Shown here piece after piece: positions 16,460-29,758 of a DNA stretch of 32,000 nucleotides (the first letter of the stretch is position 1; each line of letters opens with the position of its first letter). The position numbers and the translations under genes were made by a program. The stretch comes from Aquifex aeolicus VF5 (lineage in GTDB: Bacteria > Aquificota > Aquificia > Aquificales > Aquificaceae): contig NC_000918.1 of assembly GCF_000008625.1 (NCBI RefSeq), positions 690,001 to 722,000 of the forward strand. The letters run 5' to 3'. A model generated the notes under the pieces. The model did no database searches. It was not told the DNA's origin and worked only from the letters and a program-made list of their open reading frames with translations.

Positions 16460-17454
16460 AAAAAATTCTTCTCTCTCACGGAGGAGGCGGTGAAGAAACG
16501 CAGAAACTTATAAAGAACCTCTTTTTAAAGTACTTTTCAAACGAAATTTTAAACAAACTTGAAGACGCCTCACTCCTTAATCTGAGCGGTAAGGTTGCCT
16601 TCACAACGGATGCCTTCACGGTTTCACCGATATTTTTCAGGGGAGGGGATATCGGAAAACTGGCCGTTGCCGGGACTGTAAACGACCTTTCGGTTATGGG
16701 CGCAAGGCCTAAATATCTTTCCGTTTCCTTCGTAATAGAGGAAGGTCTCTCCTTTGAAGAACTTGAAGAGGTAGTAAAGAGTATGGCACAAGAAGCGTCA
16801 AAGACGGGCGTTCAGATAGTAGCGGGGGACACGAAGGTAGTTCCCAAAGGGCAGGCGGACAAGTTGTTCATTTCCGCGTCCGGAATAGGAGAAGTCGTTT
16901 ACGAAGGGCTTTCCGCCCACAACTTGAGAGAGGGAAACGTGATAATAGTTTCGGGAAGCGTGGGAGACCACGGAGCTTGTATCCTGGCACAGAGAGAAGG
17001 TATGGAGTTTGAAGTTCCCGTGGAGAGCGATTGTAAGAGTTTGTGGAACATGATTGAAAAGGTTTTGAGTAGCGGTGCTGAAGTTCACGCCATCAGGGAC
17101 GCAACGAGAGGCGGACTTGCAGGTGTTCTGAACGAGTGGGCAGAGCAATCAAAGGTAACCATAGAAGTTGAAGAGGAAAAGATTCCCGTAAAAGAAGCCG
17201 TGAGGGGACTTTGTGAACTCCTCGGATTTGAACCGACTCACCTCGCAAACGAGGGAATGGCAGTATTTGCAGTGGCATCCCAAGACGCCCAAAAGGTTTT
17301 AGAAATCCTTCGCTCCACTCCCGAAGGCAAGGAAGCCCAGATTATAGGAAAGGTGGTTAAAAAGGGAGAGCCGAAGGTAATACTTAGCACTCCTTACGGA
17401 GTAAAGAGGGTTATGGAACCGCCGGCGGGAGAACTCCTTCCGAGGATTTGCTAA
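16456..17454 (+). CDS. hypE: Hydrogenase maturation protein HypE
   Basis: 332 aa. MKKILLSHGGGG..., AIR-synthase-like fold, and the C-terminal PRIC motif. The start overlaps the preceding stop (ATGA). Confidence 0.95.
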   Translation: MKKILLSHGGGGEETQKLIKNLFLKYFSNEILNKLEDASLLNLSGKVAFTTDAFTVSPIFFRGGDIGKLAVAGTVNDLSVMGARPKYLSVSFVIEEGLSFEELEEVVKSMAQEASKTGVQIVAGDTKVVPKGQADKLFISASGIGEVVYEGLSAHNLREGNVIIVSGSVGDHGACILAQREGMEFEVPVESDCKSLWNMIEKVLSSGAEVHAIRDATRGGLAGVLNEWAEQSKVTIEVEEEKIPVKEAVRGLCELLGFEPTHLANEGMAVFAVASQDAQKVLEILRSTPEGKEAQIIGKVVKKGEPKVILSTPYGVKRVMEPPAGELLPRIC

Positions 17455-17801
17455 TGCACGAGTTTTCAATAGTTCAGAGTCTTCTCACACTGATAGAAGA
17501 TTACGCAAGGGAGAACAACGCAAAAAGCGTTACGAAGGTCGTTGTAAGTATAGGCGTCCTTTCTGGCGTAGAACCGCACCTTCTTGAGATGGCTTTCAAC
17601 ACCTTTAAAGAAGGAACGGTTGCTGAAAAGGCGGAGCTTATTATGGAAATAGAGAAGTTGAAGATAAAGTGTATGGACTGCGGGAAAGAGAGCGAAAAGG
17701 AAGAACTGAATATGCTCTGCCCCGGGTGCGGTTCCCTGAACACTCAGATAATAAGCGGGCAGGACATGTTTTTAAAGAGTTTGGAATTAGAAGTTGATTG
17801 A
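17454..17801 (+). CDS. hypA: Hydrogenase nickel incorporation protein HypA
   Basis: MHEFSIVQSLL N-terminus and two CxxC pairs (CMDCG, CPGCG). The ATG at 17454 overlaps the hypE TAA (TAATG). The track start at 17448 adds 2 residues. Confidence 0.92.
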   Translation: MHEFSIVQSLLTLIEDYARENNAKSVTKVVVSIGVLSGVEPHLLEMAFNTFKEGTVAEKAELIMEIEKLKIKCMDCGKESEKEELNMLCPGCGSLNTQIISGQDMFLKSLELEVD

Positions 17802-18835
17802 TGTTAATTTTACTGGACACAGGTATTCACGAAGTTGCATTCTTTACAAAATACGAAAATTACACGCTCTGCACCGTTGGGAGGAGGGAAAACTCAAAGG
17901 AAGAGGCACTACTCGGCTACAATTTGAGGTTCTTTACCTTCGGGAATTCCTCTTATTCTTACACGGTAGAGACCGTAAAAAGAAAATGTCTTGCGGGAGT
18001 AGTTACTAAAGGGAATATAAACCTCGTGCTTTACACGGGAAATGGAATACAAAATGTTTACGAGTTTTCTTCAAACGGAGAACTTATGCTGTGGCAACTG
18101 CTAAAAACGGAAAAGGGTTACTTTTTGGTCGGCGGTGTGAAGCGAAACAACTGGGACGCCTTCGTAGCATTTCTTGACAGGAACTTTAAGGTTAAGTGGA
18201 AGAAAAGGCTTGACTTTTTGGAGGAGTACTTTTACTCGGTTGCCGAGAAAGGGAACAAAGTTTACGCGGTAGGGAGAATAAAGAGGGGGAAAAACTGGGA
18301 TGCCCTCGTTTGCATCTTTTCGGATAACGGAAAACTTCTGGAGAGTTATTCAATAGGTTCTGAGGGGAAGGACTACTTCAGGTTTGTAAAAAATTTAGGC
18401 GGAGAAGTAATAGCCGTAGGAAGGAGCGAGGATAAGTTCGGAGACAGCGATTTTTTAATTTACGACTTTAAAAATTACTACCTCTACGACTCGGGGGAGT
18501 ACGATTACGCAAGGGCTGTAAACTCCTACGGAAACAGCTACGTGATTGCGGGTGAAACGAGGTTTAAGGGAAATAACGACGGGATTTTTATTCTTCTCAG
18601 CAAAAACTTCAGACCTGTTAGGGCATTTAAAATCGGCTGGGAAAACACGGATGCGGTACGCTTTATGGACAACCTGTTTTTCACAGGATACACTTACTCC
18701 CTTTCCTTTTCCGCGGACCTGATTTTGGGAGTGTTTTCAGAAGATTTTGAAAAGGTTGATGTAAAAAAGGTAAATAGAGTTCTTAAAAAGGAAAAAGTTC
18801 ACTTGAGAGACTTCCTTTCAAGCTCCTGCGTTTAA
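17801..18835 (+). CDS. Hypothetical protein with about 7 degenerate 45-aa repeats (SBBP-like beta-propeller pattern)
   Basis: Recurrent units such as YFLVGGVKRNNWDAFVAFLDRNFKVKWKK, VYAVGRIKRGKNWDALVCIFSDNGKLLESY, VIAVGRSEDKFGDSDFLIYDF and VIAGETRFKGNNDGIFILLSKNFRPV. No signal peptide. The ATG overlaps the hypA TGA (TGATG). Confidence 0.6.
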   Translation: MLILLDTGIHEVAFFTKYENYTLCTVGRRENSKEEALLGYNLRFFTFGNSSYSYTVETVKRKCLAGVVTKGNINLVLYTGNGIQNVYEFSSNGELMLWQLLKTEKGYFLVGGVKRNNWDAFVAFLDRNFKVKWKKRLDFLEEYFYSVAEKGNKVYAVGRIKRGKNWDALVCIFSDNGKLLESYSIGSEGKDYFRFVKNLGGEVIAVGRSEDKFGDSDFLIYDFKNYYLYDSGEYDYARAVNSYGNSYVIAGETRFKGNNDGIFILLSKNFRPVRAFKIGWENTDAVRFMDNLFFTGYTYSLSFSADLILGVFSEDFEKVDVKKVNRVLKKEKVHLRDFLSSSCV

Positions 18836-19945
18836 GATGAGGCTTTCGCCTTTTCAAGCGTATCCTTTACTTCTTTCCTTACCTCTCCTCCTCTCCAGGG
18901 GTCCTTTAGGGTTTCGAGCATGTACGAGCGGTCCACCTCGTCGTCAAACTCTTCAAAGTCTATACTCTTTAAAAGCTCTTTTGCTTTATTGTTTAGCTTT
19001 TCCGGCACTTCCCTTCCCGAAAGCTCGCACCAGATTAGGGTCCATGCCCTTGCGAGGGCGTAAGGATGGTATCCGCCTCCTCCGAGGTATACTCCCTCCC
19101 CGAAAACCTCACGAACGATGTTGAAAGCTTTTAAAAAGGCAACGTTTGAGAGGTTGAACTTGGAAAGGTAATCTTCAAGGAGTGGGTCAGTTCCGAGTTG
19201 AAGAAGGTAAACCTCGGGCTCAAATACTTCTTTGACTATTTCCAGAGATTTTTCTAGGGCAAAGAGGAACTCGTTGTCGTTCAAGCCCTTTGGCAGGGGA
19301 ATGTTCAGGTTGTAGCCCTTTCCTTTTCCTTCTCCTATCTCCTCCAGGAAGCCCTTCTCAAAGGGAAAGGCGTACTCGGGCGACTGGTGAAGGGACAGGA
19401 CGAACACCTGGTCTGTATCGTAAAAGGCTTCCTGAACACCGTCGCAGTGGTGGGCATCAAGGTCTATGTAGAGTATTCTCTTAAAGCCTTTTTTTCTCAA
19501 GTACTCAATTCCCACAGCGGGGTCGTTTATGTAGCAAAAGCCGTTTGCCCTGCTTTTAAAAGCGTGGTGCATACCTCCCGCGGGATTGAAAGCTACATTT
19601 CCCTTTAAAAATTCCTCTATCGCCTGCACTGTTGAACCCGTTGCGAGAGAAGAGCCTGTAAACATCGCGTAAGATACGGGGTTTTCGTATCCGCCTATGT
19701 TGTACTTTTCCCTAGCTCCCTTCGGAACGCACTGACACCTTTCCGCTTCCATTAAAGTGTTTATGTAGTCTTCCGTGTGGAATAAAAGGAGTTCTTCTTT
19801 AGTTGCGGGTCTGCTCTTGATTAATTCCTTCTCATCTATAAGGTTCATGGCATCTAAAAACCTAAGGAGTAGGGAAACTCTTGGTATTTTAAGAGGATGG
19901 TTTTTGGGATATCTGTACTTTCCGTAGTCTAAAGTTCCGATAAGT

Positions 19946-19959
<14 letters not shown>
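18832..19959 (-). CDS. acuC: Histone deacetylase-like / acetoin utilization (AcuC) family zinc deacetylase
   Basis: 375 aa. Class I HDAC fold signatures GGMHHA, DLDAHHCDG and GGGGY. I recall a 375-aa A. aeolicus HDAC homologue (HDLP) of the same length and family, and this may be it; not verified here. Confidence 0.93.
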
Positions 19960-23174
<3,215 letters not shown>

Positions 23175-23570
23175 TTAACTAGTCAGCCCCTCCTCCTTGA
23201 GCTTTTCTTTTTCCCCTTCTTTCAAGGGTTCGCACCTGTTCACGTTTCCAAAACACTCGGGACAAAGGTCAAAAAACACCAAGACTCCGAGTCCCCCGAG
23301 CATCATGTTAACCTGAGTCACCACGAGGTTTTCCTGCCTTTCGGGGAGTATCTGATACTCCTCTAAGGTTTTACCGCAGAGGGTTTTGTTTTCAGCGTCC
23401 CCCAGCATGTGGAACTGAAAGACGAGCCTCTTTGTCCTCCTGCACTTCATCCACTTGGGCTTTAGGTCAAGAATCACGAACTTTATCTCAACGTTCTGGT
23501 CCGCTATCCAGCCTTTTTCCTTTGCCTTTTCTAAGAGTTTTTTCATCTTTTCAGGGTCCATCAACTGCAT
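23175..23570 (-). CDS. Hypothetical small Cys-containing protein upstream of gyrB
   Basis: 131-aa ORF, 15 nt upstream of and co-directional with gyrB. Contains CPECFGNVNRC plus two further Cys. I recognise no family. Confidence 0.5.
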   Translation of the reverse strand: MQLMDPEKMKKLLEKAKEKGWIADQNVEIKFVILDLKPKWMKCRRTKRLVFQFHMLGDAENKTLCGKTLEEYQILPERQENLVVTQVNMMLGGLGVLVFFDLCPECFGNVNRCEPLKEGEKEKLKEEGLTS

Positions 23571-23653
23571 TCTCTTTCCTCCTCCTTTTCAGAATATACC
23601 TCTCAAGAAGTTAATTCAATGAGACTCTTCACTTTTGTTAAAAAGTGATATTC

Positions 23654-23836
23654 ATGCGTTTGTTCGTTATGGTGTTTTTCTTAATTTACGGCCTCATGCA
23701 TTACTACCTCTACAGGAAAACGCTTTCCGCCTTCAATCTGTCCCCAATACGTAGGATGCTTTTTGCACTCTTTTTTATTTTCACAACTGAGAACGCCAAG
23801 TTAAGGGTGAGGAGAGTGGGGAATTTATACTTTTAA
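23654..23836 (+). pseudogene. Possible 5' remnant of a membrane protein gene, truncated at the low-GC island boundary
   Basis: MRLFVMVFFLIYGLMHYYLYRKTLSAF... looks like the first TM helices of a larger membrane protein. The ORF stops after about 60 aa, 3 nt from the selD stop, where base composition changes. Confidence 0.3.
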
Positions 23837-23838
23837 TT

Positions 23839-24849
<1,011 letters not shown>

Positions 24850-24927
24850 ACTACTTAAGTTTATAAAGAATGTTCCACTCTTTTGTTTTTAATTTTCTAA
24901 ATGAGCAAATGGGGAAAATTTGAAATT

Positions 24928-26286
24928 TTATATACTTAATAGTTCTTGTAAAGTTTTTTTAATAGTTTTCAAGTCTTCATGGAATACCGTTCGCATATCA
25001 AAGAGCAGTTGGTCTTCCCTTATTCTACACACAATAGGTGGTTCCGCTAATCTTAGTCTTCTACTTAATTCCTGAGAAGACAAACGATCGTGTCTAATTG
25101 CCACACAGTAAGTAGGAAGTTCTAATTCAGGCAGGGATCCACCTCCTGGTTTTGCTTTATCCTTAATAACCGATATTTTAAGCCCAGGTATATCTTTTAA
25201 AAGTTTTTCTAATCTCTTTGCCTTCTGTCTCAACGCTTTTTCATCCTGTGTAAGCATGCGTATAACAGGTATATCCTCGTATCGCTTCTCAAAGTATAGT
25301 TTAAGCGTCATCTCCAGACCTGATAAAGTTAACTTATCTATCCTTAAAGCCCTTGCAATGGGATTTTTCTTTATTTTTTCTATTAGGTTCTTCTTTCCTA
25401 CAATAATTCCCGCTTGAGGTCCACCTAATAACTTATCTCCACTGCCAGAAACTAAATCTATTCCTAAGGATATACAATCTCTGAAATTAGGTTCATCAAC
25501 TGATATTCCAAATTCTTTAAGATTTATCAGTAAACCACTACCAGCATCATAGTACGTAGGAATACCGTACTTATGTCCTAATTTTACAAGGTCTTCCAAT
25601 TTTACTTCTTCTACAAAACCTTCCATGTAGAAATTACTTTTGTGTACTTTCATAAGTAAAGCTGTGTTTTGGTTTATAGCACCTTCGTAGTCGCTCACCT
25701 TTGTCTTATTTGTTGTTCCCACTTCTCTTAAAATAGCTCCTGATTTTTTCATTATGTCTGGAATTCTAAAACTACCACCTATTTCTACAAGTTCTCCTCT
25801 AGATATGATTACTTCTTTGCCTTCTGCTAAAGTATTTAAAACAAGAAATACAGCTCCAGCATTGTTATTGACAACAAAAGAAGATTCTGCTCCCGTAAGT
25901 TCATTTAAATACTTTTCTATATGTGCTATTCTTGAACCTCTTTTTCCTTCCTCAAGGTTGTACTCCAGATTTGAATAACCATTAGCTATTTCGGATATGA
26001 AATTAATTACATCCTTACTAAGAGGTGCTCTACCCAAATTTGTATTTATCACCACTCCCGTAGCATTTATTACTCTTTTTATATTAGGCTTCATTAAACT
26101 TTTTATTTTTCTCTCTACATCTTCTAAAAAACCATTTAAATCCTTTCTTTTACCCTCTATTATTTCTTTTCTATATTTTTCCGCAACTTCTCTTGCTGCC
26201 TTAACCACATATATTTCTGGATATTTTTTTTTAAATATTTCAACTACTTTTGATATTTGTGGTATCTGTCTGAGTAGACTTTTCAT
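24928..26286 (-). CDS. selA: L-seryl-tRNA(Sec) selenium transferase SelA
   Basis: 452 aa. N-terminus MKSLLRQIPQISKVVE..., the motif VINATGVVINTNLGRAPL, and a PLP-fold core (SGSGDKLLGGPQAGII) with the Lys in GDKLLGG. Confidence 0.93.
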   Translation of the reverse strand: MKSLLRQIPQISKVVEIFKKKYPEIYVVKAAREVAEKYRKEIIEGKRKDLNGFLEDVERKIKSLMKPNIKRVINATGVVINTNLGRAPLSKDVINFISEIANGYSNLEYNLEEGKRGSRIAHIEKYLNELTGAESSFVVNNNAGAVFLVLNTLAEGKEVIISRGELVEIGGSFRIPDIMKKSGAILREVGTTNKTKVSDYEGAINQNTALLMKVHKSNFYMEGFVEEVKLEDLVKLGHKYGIPTYYDAGSGLLINLKEFGISVDEPNFRDCISLGIDLVSGSGDKLLGGPQAGIIVGKKNLIEKIKKNPIARALRIDKLTLSGLEMTLKLYFEKRYEDIPVIRMLTQDEKALRQKAKRLEKLLKDIPGLKISVIKDKAKPGGGSLPELELPTYCVAIRHDRLSSQELSRRLRLAEPPIVCRIREDQLLFDMRTVFHEDLKTIKKTLQELLSI

Positions 26287-26313
26287 AGATATTAAATTTA
26301 ATTAATAAGAGCA

Positions 26314-28062
26314 ATGAAGTATATTTTATTTGCAACGGCAGGTCATGTTGATCATGGAAAAACGACTTTGATAAAAACCCTCACAGGCATTGATACAGAT
26401 AGGCTTCCTGAAGAAAAGAAGAGAGGGCTTAGTATCGATATAGGGTTTGCTTATATAGATTTCCCCGATATAAATACAAGGTTAGAGATCATTGACGTTC
26501 CTGGACATGAAAGGTTTATAAAAAATGCTATAGCGGGTATTTGTTCAGCATCTGGATTGATTCTCGTAGTAGATCCAAATGAAGGGATAATGCCACAAAC
26601 AATAGAACACCTAAGAGTAGCAAAAAGTTTTGGTATAAAACATGGTATAGCTGTATTGACTAAGATGGATAAAGTAGATGAAGAACTTGCACATATAGCA
26701 GAAGAAGAGTTAATAGCATTTCTGGAAAAGGAAGAAATGAATATGGAAATCGTCAAAGTCTCTGCAGTAACAGGGCAAGGCATTGAAGATTTAAAAAATT
26801 CTATAAAAAAGCTATTGGAAAGTATTAATAATCTGAATAAACATAAGCCGCTACGTATATTTGTAGATTCTGCGTTTGTTGTAAAAGGATACGGGACAGT
26901 TTTAAGAGGAAGCTGTTTTGAAGGAGAGGTTAAGGAAGGTGATAAGGTAGTAGTAGAACCTATAGGGGTTATTTCAAGAGTTAGAAAAATGCAGAACCAC
27001 GGAGTGTTCGTAAAGAAAGCTGTTGCAGGAGAAAGAATTGCTTTAAATTTACCCGAAGTGGATGCAAAAAAAGTAAAAAGAGGCTTTTTAATTTTAAAGC
27101 CTGAAAGTTATGAGAAGAGTAATGTTCTTATTGTAAAAACCGAAATAGATCTTAAACCAGGGAAAATATATCAAGTATTTTTCGGTATGAGAGAAACGGT
27201 TGGAAAAATAAGTGTTATTGATAAGGGTATTTATCTGGTCAGACTTAAGGAAAATGCAATTGTACGCAGGGGAGACAAATTAGTCGTACTTGATTCTTCC
27301 GGAAACTTTTTAGGAGGTGCAGAAGTATTACATCCAAAAGTGAGAGTAACTAAAAAAGCTTTTATAAAAAAGAATATAAAAGATTTATTAGAAAACTTTG
27401 AATGTTATTTGCTGAAGGAAAGGGGACCCATAGGTCTAAAACTTGAGTTCTTTAAGAGAATTACAGGAGTAAGCCCAAAAGTAGCAAATTTGAAACCTGA
27501 AAGTATTGAAATAAGAGGGGTTTATTACTTGAAAGGATTTATTGAAAACTTAAAATTAAAGATAAAAAAATTTTTGGATACAGAACTTCAAAACGCTTTT
27601 GGTGTTGATAAAGAAAAAGTTAAAAGTATGTTTTCCTTAAATGAAGAATTACTCAAGTATATACTTGATGAACTAAAAACCTATAAAATTGTCAACGAAT
27701 TAATAATTGACGAAAGAAAAAGTGATCTTGAGAAGAATGAAGACTTTCAAAAGTTAATGTCTATTCTTAAAGGAGGAATAAAAGAGGAAAGGGAAATTAT
27801 ATTGGAAGGAATACCAAAGGAAATTCTCACTCTTTCTATAAAAAGAAAATACGCTCATAGAATAGGTGAATATCTCATAATATCCGATGAACTCTTAAAA
27901 AAGTATATTAATGAGCTGAAAGAACTTGGAAAGACGTTCAATGTTCAACAAGCTAAAAATAAACTTGGATTAACGAGGAAGTACCTTATCCCGCTTCTTG
28001 AGTATCTCGACTACTTAGGACTTACGGTAAGGGAAGGGAACGAGAGGAGGTGGAAGCGCTAA
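26314..28062 (+). CDS. selB: Selenocysteine-specific elongation factor SelB
   Basis: 582 aa. GTPase motifs AGHVDHGKTTL, DVPGHERF and TKMD, followed by EF-Tu-like domains II/III and a long winged-helix C-terminal extension. Confidence 0.93.
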   Translation: MKYILFATAGHVDHGKTTLIKTLTGIDTDRLPEEKKRGLSIDIGFAYIDFPDINTRLEIIDVPGHERFIKNAIAGICSASGLILVVDPNEGIMPQTIEHLRVAKSFGIKHGIAVLTKMDKVDEELAHIAEEELIAFLEKEEMNMEIVKVSAVTGQGIEDLKNSIKKLLESINNLNKHKPLRIFVDSAFVVKGYGTVLRGSCFEGEVKEGDKVVVEPIGVISRVRKMQNHGVFVKKAVAGERIALNLPEVDAKKVKRGFLILKPESYEKSNVLIVKTEIDLKPGKIYQVFFGMRETVGKISVIDKGIYLVRLKENAIVRRGDKLVVLDSSGNFLGGAEVLHPKVRVTKKAFIKKNIKDLLENFECYLLKERGPIGLKLEFFKRITGVSPKVANLKPESIEIRGVYYLKGFIENLKLKIKKFLDTELQNAFGVDKEKVKSMFSLNEELLKYILDELKTYKIVNELIIDERKSDLEKNEDFQKLMSILKGGIKEEREIILEGIPKEILTLSIKRKYAHRIGEYLIISDELLKKYINELKELGKTFNVQQAKNKLGLTRKYLIPLLEYLDYLGLTVREGNERRWKR

Positions 28063-29107
28063 GCCCTCACCAGTTTTATCCTGTAAACGAAGCTCTTTGG
28101 CTCGAGCCAGTTCAGGGGTTCACCTTTCACCTCCGCGTAAGGGTATCCAAACAGGTTCAGGGGTTTTACCCTCTGAGGGGGTTCTAAGACGAAGTCCCTT
28201 CCCCAGTTGTAGGCTATCCAGTGGGGATCCCAGTTTCCGAAGAAGTAGCGACGGGCGAAGTTCACCCTCGGATGATTGCGTGGAAGTTTTTCTTTGAGTA
28301 TAAGTTTTGTTACGTCCGCGGGATCTACCGGTATCCACTCCCCCGCCCAGAACTCTGCCCTGCAGTGCTGTGCCTTAGTTATGTCTTTACTTCCAGGCTT
28401 TATGGAGAGCCCCTCAGAAAAGCTCGAGGGTAGCACCCTTATACCGAAGACTTCCCTTGCCGGAATGCCCACCGATCTGCACAGTGCGACAAACAGGGAA
28501 CTCTGATCAGCAGACTTCCCTCCTATCTTCTCTCCCTTCTCAAGGAGTTCGAGCATGAGGTTAACGTCTCCTGGTCCACATCCATTTACCTTCTCGTCCC
28601 TGTAAGTATTATCCACAACAACCAGTTGTATATAGCCCAAGCCTTCTGAATGGGTGTTTTCTTTCCTTCGGTTATCCTCATCGCTATCTCTTTAACCTTT
28701 CCCTCGGTAGGGAGGTGTTTCGTGGATTGCAGGTAGAGAGCAAGTTCCTTAGGAGTTTTAAAATCTTAATCTACGAGACTCACCCTTCTGGGAGAAAACT
28801 CTACCGAAACTTCGAGCTTAAGAACTTTTTTGCTCTCCCCTCGAGGAAACTCGGCGTAGAGGGTAGGAGATCCATAGACCTTGTCCCTATAAATCCCTGC
28901 ACGCCTATAAGTTCCCTCAAACCTTAGATCTAGAACCCTCTGGTAATCAGTGTTTATAGGAACGGGAAGCCAGGGGCAAGCTTCTCCCTTGTAAGGTAAA
29001 TCTACATCGTAGCTAAAAGTAACTTTCCTTGAAGAGAAAGAGAAACTCGATAGCGTAAAGGATAAACCTAAGGCGGATGCTCCTTTTAGAAAATCTCTTC
29101 TATCCAT
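28059..29107 (-). pseudogene. Tat-signal transglutaminase-like protein gene, disrupted by a nonsense codon and a frameshift
   Basis: N-terminal piece MDRRDFLKGASALGL... ends at TAA 28766-28768. The same frame continues DFKTPKELALYLQSTKHLPTEGKVKEIAMRITEGKKTPIQKAWAIYNW. A 1-nt shift near 28620-28628 is needed to join VVVDNTYRDEKVNGCGPGDV...SLFVALCRSVGIPAR...HCRAEFWAGEWIPVDPAD. The expected catalytic Cys position reads Ser (GKSADQSSLF). Confidence 0.7.
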
Positions 29108-29237
29108 AGTTAACAATCTCTTAATCCTAAAAAAATTCAAACGAAAGTTTAAAATTCTCCAAATTTTTTCTTCGAAACTCTAAATATAAATATCTTTTAA
29201 TAATTTTTATTTTATAAATGTAAAATATGGGAGGTTC

Positions 29238-29681
29238 TTAACGAAACAGATGATGGATAGAGAATAGAGCAAGAGCATAGCGAAGATAAAGGAAAGAGCG
29301 AAAAAAAGCTTTAGTTTTTCGTTTAAAGGCTACTAACTTATCCCTTAACTTAGAATGCAGAGCTTCATTTCTATTGACTCTCCCATACTTCCTCACTATG
29401 TGTCTGTCCCTCGGTAACCATTCATATACTCTATACGCATCCGTCTCATACTCCTCCGCTTCAGGCATTTTCGCCAAAATCTTTAAAAAAGTCCTTAAAC
29501 TCCTATCTCCCGCAAATAGAAATTTTTTTATGGTTCCATCTTTCAGTTCCACTACTACAGACCATATCCACACTTCATTCCCTTTTGTTCCTACATAACT
29601 CCACATCTCATCAGTAGGTTTGTTTTCCATGTTGTCTTCTGTTTTTACCACCTTTTCGCTCCCGTACTCAGGACACCTCAT
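29238..29681 (-). mobile_element. IS1-family (InsB-like) transposase remnant lacking the N-terminal DNA-binding region
   Basis: 147 aa. DDE-region motifs by eye: TDEMWSYVGTKGNEVWIW, YETDAYRVYEWL and NRNEALHSKLRDKLVAFKRKTKAFFRS, compared with IS1 InsB DE.W.YVG.K, TD....YE and E..N..LR..L.RL.RK...FSKS. Only a vestigial zinc-finger start CPEYGS precedes it. No terminal inverted repeats were identified. Confidence 0.6.
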
Positions 29682-29698
29682 AGCTTATATTCTCTTAT

Positions 29699-29734
29699 CA
29701 TCTCTTTTGTGAACTACCATATGGAAAAGAGATG
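29699..29734. repeat. 10-bp inverted repeat with a 16-nt loop between the transposase remnant and lysR
   Basis: CATCTCTTTT (29699-29708) pairs with AAAAGAGATG (29725-29734). The loop gtgaactaccatatgg contains the palindrome CCATATGG. Confidence 0.4.
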
Positions 29735-29758
29735 GTACGAAATTTATTTTTTCATTTT

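Noticed and set aside
23630-23647. Hairpin CACTTTT-gtta-AAAAGTG upstream of the truncated membrane ORF
   Set aside because: It is a short A/T-rich stem with no adjacent U-tract or clear promoter context. There is not enough evidence to call it a terminator or an operator.
24850-24927. Search for tRNA-Sec (selC) or other tRNAs in the sel-region spacers (24850-24927, 26287-26313, 29141-29237, 30653-30873)
   Set aside because: The spacers are too short or too AT-rich. No acceptor/T-arm pattern (GGTTCGAATCC-like) was found on either strand anywhere in the window outside coding sequence.
26287-26313. AT-rich near-palindrome (ttaaatttaattaa) in the 27-bp selA/selB divergent spacer as a shared operator
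   Set aside because: The symmetry is imperfect and the sequence is very low in complexity. It cannot be distinguished from chance in an AT-rich spacer without experimental data.
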